Below, piece after piece: positions 57,529 to 61,565 of a stretch of 61,565 bases of DNA. Below the pieces are notes generated by a model, which was not told the origin of the DNA, searched no databases, and worked only from the letters and a program-made list of their open reading frames with translations. Numbering within the stretch: the stretch's first letter is position 1; every line of letters begins with the position of its first letter. The stretch is taken from positions 1 through 61,565 of IMG/VR virus record IMGVR_UViG_3300044941_000051; one strand, 5' to 3'. The translations under genes and the position numbers were made by a program. The DNA comes from a virus. Taxonomy: Duplodnaviria; Caudoviricetes.

Positions 57529-58065
57529 TCACATGATATGCGCTTTCAGCTTTTCCGGCAGCGCAGCGAGCAGCTGCTCGGGGTCGATCTCGGCATCGGC
57601 ATCGGGGGCGGTTCCGGCGATGCTCACGGCCAGCGGATGGAGCCTCCTGAACATCGCGATGACCTCGACCCGGTCGATCACCCCGGCCTGCTCCAACGCA
57701 GTGTAGACCGCCACCGCAACGGGGTCTCCATTGTAGACCGGAGTGGCCAATTCGACGTGCAGAGGCCCGCGGTGCAGCGTCTCGGGCATCCCGAGGACGC
57801 GGCGGCAGGTGTAGATGCAGGTGCCGTCCACCATGATCTTGACCATGTTCTGGTGCAGGTAGTGGGCCGCCTCGGGGTTGTAGATCGCGTTGCGGATCTC
57901 CTCCGGCGCCACCGCGCGGACGGCATCGCGCACGATGCCGTCGATGCGCTTCGGGTCCAGCTGCTTCCTCGCACGGCGCCGCGCCTGCATCCCGTAACGG
58001 GGCAGGCCGTAGACCGGGTGGGTCATCGCTTTGCCGATCAACTTCAGAGCGTCATACTTGTCCAT
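57529..58065 (-). CDS. Hypothetical protein
   Basis: AGGAGAG RBS; stop codon lies inside a palindrome copy. Confidence 0.7.
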   Translation of the reverse strand: MDKYDALKLIGKAMTHPVYGLPRYGMQARRRARKQLDPKRIDGIVRDAVRAVAPEEIRNAIYNPEAAHYLHQNMVKIMVDGTCIYTCRRVLGMPETLHRGPLHVELATPVYNGDPVAVAVYTALEQAGVIDRVEVIAMFRRLHPLAVSIAGTAPDADAEIDPEQLLAALPEKLKAHIM

Positions 58066-58080
58066 GTTCTCTCCTTTCGT

Positions 58081-58170
58081 TTAGCCGTCGCCGTTGCCGC
58101 GGCCGTAGCCGCGACCGCGACCGTTGCCGTTGCCGTAGCCGTTGCCGTTGCCGTAGCCGTTGATGTTCAT
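58081..58170 (-). CDS. (Gly-X)n peptide, 29 aa
   Basis: MNINGYGNGNGYGNGNGRGRGYGRGNGDG, translated by eye; AAGGGAG RBS. Confidence 0.65.
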   Translation of the reverse strand: MNINGYGNGNGYGNGNGRGRGYGRGNGDG

Positions 58171-58195
58171 GTTCTCCCTTCGGGTCCGGTTGTGC

Positions 58196-58510
58196 CTACG
58201 GCTTCGCCGTGGCGGCGCCGCGGATCGTGGCGACGGCCAGGCCGGCGCACGGTATGATCTCGCACACGCCGGCGACGATCAGGTCCGGCAGGGTCTCGGT
58301 GATTTTGCTCTCCTTGTGGTTGATGCCGAAGATGGCGATTTCGGACAGGCTGAGGCCGTGGCCGCCCGTGCTCCACACGTACAGCCGGCGACTGTCCTTG
58401 AGCCGCACGGCTGTGCCGCTGACAGCGACAAGGGTACCGAAATGCACCCCGCTGTCGTTCGAACGGACCAAAACCTCGGCCCCGATCAGGTCTGCTGCAA
58501 GTCTTTCCAT
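58196..58510 (-). CDS. Small beta-rich protein (DUF6948-like)
   Basis: VLVRS..SGVHFGTL..V.LKDSRRL..W..LSEIA..G..EIIPC; GAGGAG RBS. Confidence 0.7.
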   Translation of the reverse strand: MERLAADLIGAEVLVRSNDSGVHFGTLVAVSGTAVRLKDSRRLYVWSTGGHGLSLSEIAIFGINHKESKITETLPDLIVAGVCEIIPCAGLAVATIRGAATAKP

Positions 58511-58527
58511 TGGTTCTCTCCTCTTGC

Positions 58528-58755
58528 TTAGCCGCGACCGTTGCCGTCGCCGTTGCCGTCGCCGCGACCGCTGCCGTTGCCGTCGCCGTAGCCGTAGCCG
58601 CGACCGTCGCCGTTGCCGCTGCCGTTGCTGCGACCGTTGCCGTTGCCGTAGCCGCGACCGCTGCCGTTGCCGCGACCGTTGCCGCGACCGCTGCCGTTGC
58701 CGCGACCGTTGCTGCTGCCGTTGCCGTAGCCGTAGCCGTAGCCGTTGCTGTTCAT
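58528..58755 (-). CDS. (Gly-X)n peptide, 75 aa
   Basis: MNSNGYGYGYGNG...; GAGGA RBS, TAA stop. Confidence 0.7.
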   Translation of the reverse strand: MNSNGYGYGYGNGSSNGRGNGSGRGNGRGNGSGRGYGNGNGRSNGSGNGDGRGYGYGDGNGSGRGDGNGDGNGRG

Positions 58756-58770
58756 GTTCTTTCCTCTTTC

Positions 58771-59028
58771 TTAGCCGTGGCCGTGGCCGTGGCCGTTGCC
58801 GTTGCCGTCGCCGTAGCCGTGGCCGTGGCCGCGACCGTTGCCGCTGCCGCTGCCGTTGCTATGGCCGTGGCCGTCGCCGCTGCCGCTGCCGTTGCCGCGA
58901 CCGTTGCCGTGGCCGTTGCCGTAGCCGTAGCCGTACTCGTAGCCGCTGCCGTAGCTGTAGCCGTAGCCGTAGCCGTAGCCGCGACCGTTGCCGTGGCCGT
59001 TGCCGATGCCGTTGCTGTTGCTGTTCAT
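58771..59028 (-). CDS. (Gly-X)n peptide, 85 aa
   Basis: MNSNSNGIGNGHG...; GGAGGAG RBS, TAA stop. Confidence 0.7.
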   Translation of the reverse strand: MNSNSNGIGNGHGNGRGYGYGYGYSYGSGYEYGYGYGNGHGNGRGNGSGSGDGHGHSNGSGSGNGRGHGHGYGDGNGNGHGHGHG

Positions 59029-59040
59029 GTTCTCTCCTCC

Positions 59041-59199
59041 ATATCACGCTCACGCCTCGCTGGCGCTTCGCGTCGCTCGACGCGGCGTGTTACATATCAC
59101 GCTCACGCCTCGCTGGCGCTTCGCGTCGCTCGACGCGGCGTGTTACATATCACGCTCACGCCTCGCTGGCGCTTCGCGTCGCTCGACGCGGCGTGTTAC
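59041..59199. repeat. Three exact tandem copies of a 53-bp unit
   Basis: ATATCACGCTCACGCCTCGCTGGCGCTTCGCGTCGCTCGACGCGGCGTGTTAC at 59041, 59094, 59147. Confidence 0.95.
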
Positions 59200-59495
59200 A
59201 TATCACGCCACGTGATATTCACGTCGTAGCACATGCATCCGTCCACGCCGTACGGCGTTCCCTCGTGGTCCCACGCGAAGAACCGCTCGGGCTCGGCACC
59301 GGCGGGGCCAGCGGCCAGGCCGATGCTCCACACCGGGCCCATCTCGCGCAGCTCCTGCGCCCACGCGGTAAAGGCGCGGCGCTCCGCGTCGCCGACATCG
59401 GCGACACCGAACAGGGCGGGCAGCCAGTGCTCGGGCACCGGCAGGGTGATCGTCGTGAAGGCGCCGTGGGCGCCGGTGGTGTAGTTCGTGGTCAT
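59196..59495 (-). CDS. Hypothetical protein (99 aa)
   Basis: AGGAGAG RBS after a palindrome; C-terminus runs through the next palindrome. Confidence 0.7.
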   Translation of the reverse strand: MTTNYTTGAHGAFTTITLPVPEHWLPALFGVADVGDAERRAFTAWAQELREMGPVWSIGLAAGPAGAEPERFFAWDHEGTPYGVDGCMCYDVNITWRDM

Positions 59496-59554
59496 TTTCT
59501 TCTCTCCTATATCACGCCGCGTGATACGGCTGCGCCGCAAGGCGCAGCCGGGGT

Positions 59555-60094
59555 TCACTTCTTCTTGCGCACGTAGAGCGTCACGGTCGGGGTCATCTGC
59601 ACGATGTAATCGTGCGGCTCGTCCTTCGTGGCGCGCAGCAGCGTGCGGTCGGCAGGCGGCAGCAAGCGGTCGACACGCAGCATGTCCTCGAACGCTTCCC
59701 GCGTCAGGTGCACCGGCTGCTTCGCCTTCCGGCGCTTCCGCGCCTTCGGCGCCTTCGGCGCCATATCACGCGGCGTGATATGCAGCGGCGCCTGCGCAGT
59801 CGCAGGCGGCGCCTCCGGCAGCGGCGGCAGCTTGATGTGCCGAACACCTTCGGCGCCTTCGGCCTTGCGCGGCATGGGCGGAACCCGGTCGGACGTGCGC
59901 ACGATGGGCGCGGCGTTGTTGGTGGCACGGGTTCCGCCCATGCCGATGTCGGCAGGGCGCTCGACGCGATAGGTCAGGTTCTTCAGCACGGGCACGAAAA
60001 TGCCGCGGGCCTCGAGCCAGGCTTCATGCGCGGCCTTCGCCTCGGGGCTGGCGCCGCGCGGCTGACTGCGCGGCAGGCGGACGTGAACGATCAT
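59555..60094 (-). CDS. First early gene, basic Pro/Ala-rich hypothetical protein
   Basis: AAGGAGAG RBS; contains an in-frame palindrome copy. Confidence 0.65.
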   Translation of the reverse strand: MIVHVRLPRSQPRGASPEAKAAHEAWLEARGIFVPVLKNLTYRVERPADIGMGGTRATNNAAPIVRTSDRVPPMPRKAEGAEGVRHIKLPPLPEAPPATAQAPLHITPRDMAPKAPKARKRRKAKQPVHLTREAFEDMLRVDRLLPPADRTLLRATKDEPHDYIVQMTPTVTLYVRKKK

Positions 60095-60197
60095 CTTCTC
60101 TCTCCTTGCTGGCGCTTCGCGCCGCTCGACGCTGCATATCACGTGGCGTGATATGGGTTAGGCACGGGACCGGGGCATAATCCTCGATCATGCTTAC

Positions 60198-60226
60198 AGC
60201 ATAGCATAATATGTGTTAAATGTCAA
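60198..60226 (-). promoter_or_regulatory. Strong sigma70-type early promoter
   Basis: TTGACA-N17-TATGCT with extended -10 TG, pointing into the early genes. Confidence 0.8.
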
Positions 60227-60339
60227 TAACCCTGAACAATATACGTGCATAGGGTTCGGCGTAGCGTAGCACCGCTTGGCGCAGCGTAGCACCGCATCGC
60301 GGGGCATATCACGCGGCGTGATATGCAGCGGCGCCTCGG

Positions 60340-61020
60340 CGCCAGTAACAAATCGAAATGGGGGGTCCAGTAACAGATTGAAATGTGCCGTTCGTAAACT
60401 GATAGTTTTTTAGGCACGGCCACAGATTGATGGCACCTCGAAAATAACGTTCAAAACCGGCTAAGTCTTTGAAAAGAAACGAACTTAACATGTGAACTGT
60501 TATGAACGTTACTGGACGACTTGAAATCGCTAACATTACTTTGTTTTCAATGGGATGCACGTAACAGATTGCGCAAGGCCTTGAAATCGCAGGGATCTCG
60601 GGGGAGGGGGTAAACTGAGAAAGTGTAGTAAAATCAAGTAGGTAGGTATAAAGTTACTTTGTTACTATCTGGGGAATATTATCCCGACTTTTTTTTTGAT
60701 CCGGTTGTGTTACTGGAGATTTTTCCCGCTGCGGTTGTTTTCAGCCGCAGGTTGTGCGAGCTTCGCCGTTTCGATGTTGCATTTGGCCGAAAATTTTGGG
60801 GGGGTATATCTCCAGTCCAGTAACATATGAACAGTATAATGAAATCAAGGACTTACCAGTAACATTTGGTTCCTCACGATAACAGATTCGACTTTTCAAG
60901 GACTTAGCTAGTTTTGTTTCAAGCGCAATATACTGCACATCGTTTGTTTTCAATGACTTACAGGGCACCTGGCCCGAGTGCTCCAGTAACAGATCGAGCC
61001 CGCCGGTTGCGCCGTGCGCA
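60340..61020. other. AT-rich non-coding region, candidate origin or packaging locus
   Basis: Low GC, no credible ORF, GTAAC/GTTAC boxes and TCAAxGACTTA repeats in both orientations. Confidence 0.55.
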
Positions 61021-61040
61021 CAACCACAAGTGGCACGACC

Positions 61041-61325
61041 CAGTAACAGATTGAAATTTGGCTTCAGTAACAGATCGCCTCGCGCCCTTCAGTAACAGAT
61101 CGCTGTCCATTTTTCGGTAACAGATCGAAAATTGGTCCCGGTAACGGATCGAAGTCGGGGGCGCCAGTAACATATCACGCCGCGTGATATGGTAACAGAT
61201 CACCGTTAGGGCGTCGGTAACAGATCGAAATCGGGGCTTCAGTAACAGATTGGCGCGAGCGCGCCGGTAACAGATCGTCGCCAGGCGCCGGTAACAGATC
61301 GAAATCGAGGCGCCGGTAACATATC
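61041..61325 (+). repeat. 12-copy phased array of GTAACAGAT(C/T)G cores with a period of about 25 bp
   Basis: GTAAC at 61043, 61067, 61092, 61117, 61141, 61167, 61192, 61217, 61242, 61267, 61291, 61316. Confidence 0.92.
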
Positions 61326-61357
61326 ACGCCGCGTGATATGGCCTCGGCCGGGGTCGA

Positions 61358-61554
61358 TGCTGACTGCGCGCCGTGCCCCATGCTGTGTTGGGAACTGGTG
61401 GCTGGTGCTGAGTGCAGAGGTCGGAACGACCTGGTGGGCGCGGAGGAGATGCTGAGTGCAGAGGTCGGAACGACCTGGTGGGCATATCACGCGGCGTGAT
61501 ATGGGCCCGGTGCTGACTGCGCGCCGTGCCTCATGCTGTGTTGGGAACTGGTGG
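61358..61554 (+). repeat. Nested direct repeats A-B-B-A at the right end
   Basis: 44-bp unit at 61358 and 61511 (1 mismatch); 34-bp unit at 61406 and 61450. Confidence 0.85.
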
Positions 61555-61565
61555 GCGCCAAGGGC

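Larger units (their letters stand above)
50269..61502. repeat. Dispersed 19-bp palindrome family ATATCACG-N3-CGTGATAT
   Basis: Copies start at 50310, 51715, 53024, 55495, 55948, 57107, 57212, 57521, 59200, 59509, 59763, 60136, 60306, 61172, 61321, 61484 (also 131 and 1510), each with 0-2 mismatches. Confidence 0.95.

Noticed and set aside
59041-59199. CRISPR array
   Set aside because: Units are identical tandem copies with no unique spacers
58209-59576. Long + strand Arg/Cys- or Val/Ala-rich ORFs
   Set aside because: Antisense shadows of the Gly-X hexamer repeats; RBSs support the - strand peptides
50269-60154. Integron with attC cassettes
   Set aside because: No tyrosine recombinase seen and the repeats lack RYYYAAC...GTTRRRY ends; only the architecture is analogous
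61041-61325. CRISPR mini-array
   Set aside because: Repeat core of about 11 bp and spacers of about 14 bp are too short; no cas operon (the Cas4-like gene is a typical phage replication nuclease)

Overview
The window looks like a near-complete ~61.5 kb genome of a GC-rich, short-tailed (podovirus-like) dsDNA phage. The host is probably alphaproteobacterial; this is inferred from gene content only. Bases 1-120 are poly-G and probably an artefact. The + strand arm (about 1.9-35.5 kb) carries the virion genes: terminase with an intein, portal, GroES-like co-chaperonin, scaffold, major capsid, a free-standing endonuclease, lysis genes, tail proteins, ejection proteins and a 2239-aa polyvalent-type protein. 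The - strand arm carries replication genes (primase-helicase, SSB-like protein, SNF2 helicase with an intein, Cas4-like nuclease, PolA) and then an early region of small genes including a MoxR-AAA/vWA-peptidase module. I saw no integrase, RNA polymerase, reverse transcriptase, tRNA or CRISPR array. Most notable: (1) a 19-bp palindrome ATATCACG-N3-CGTGATAT in about 18 copies confined to the early/terminal region, mostly between a stop codon and the next RBS, giving a cassette-like array; (2) a helicase intein whose endonuclease is encoded in an overlapping alternative frame; (3) three (Gly-X)n peptide genes around one globular gene; (4) a 12-copy array of GTAACAGAT cores with a 25-bp period; (5) a Gln-initiated class 3 intein in TerL. 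All family names come from motif recognition by eye, not database searches.
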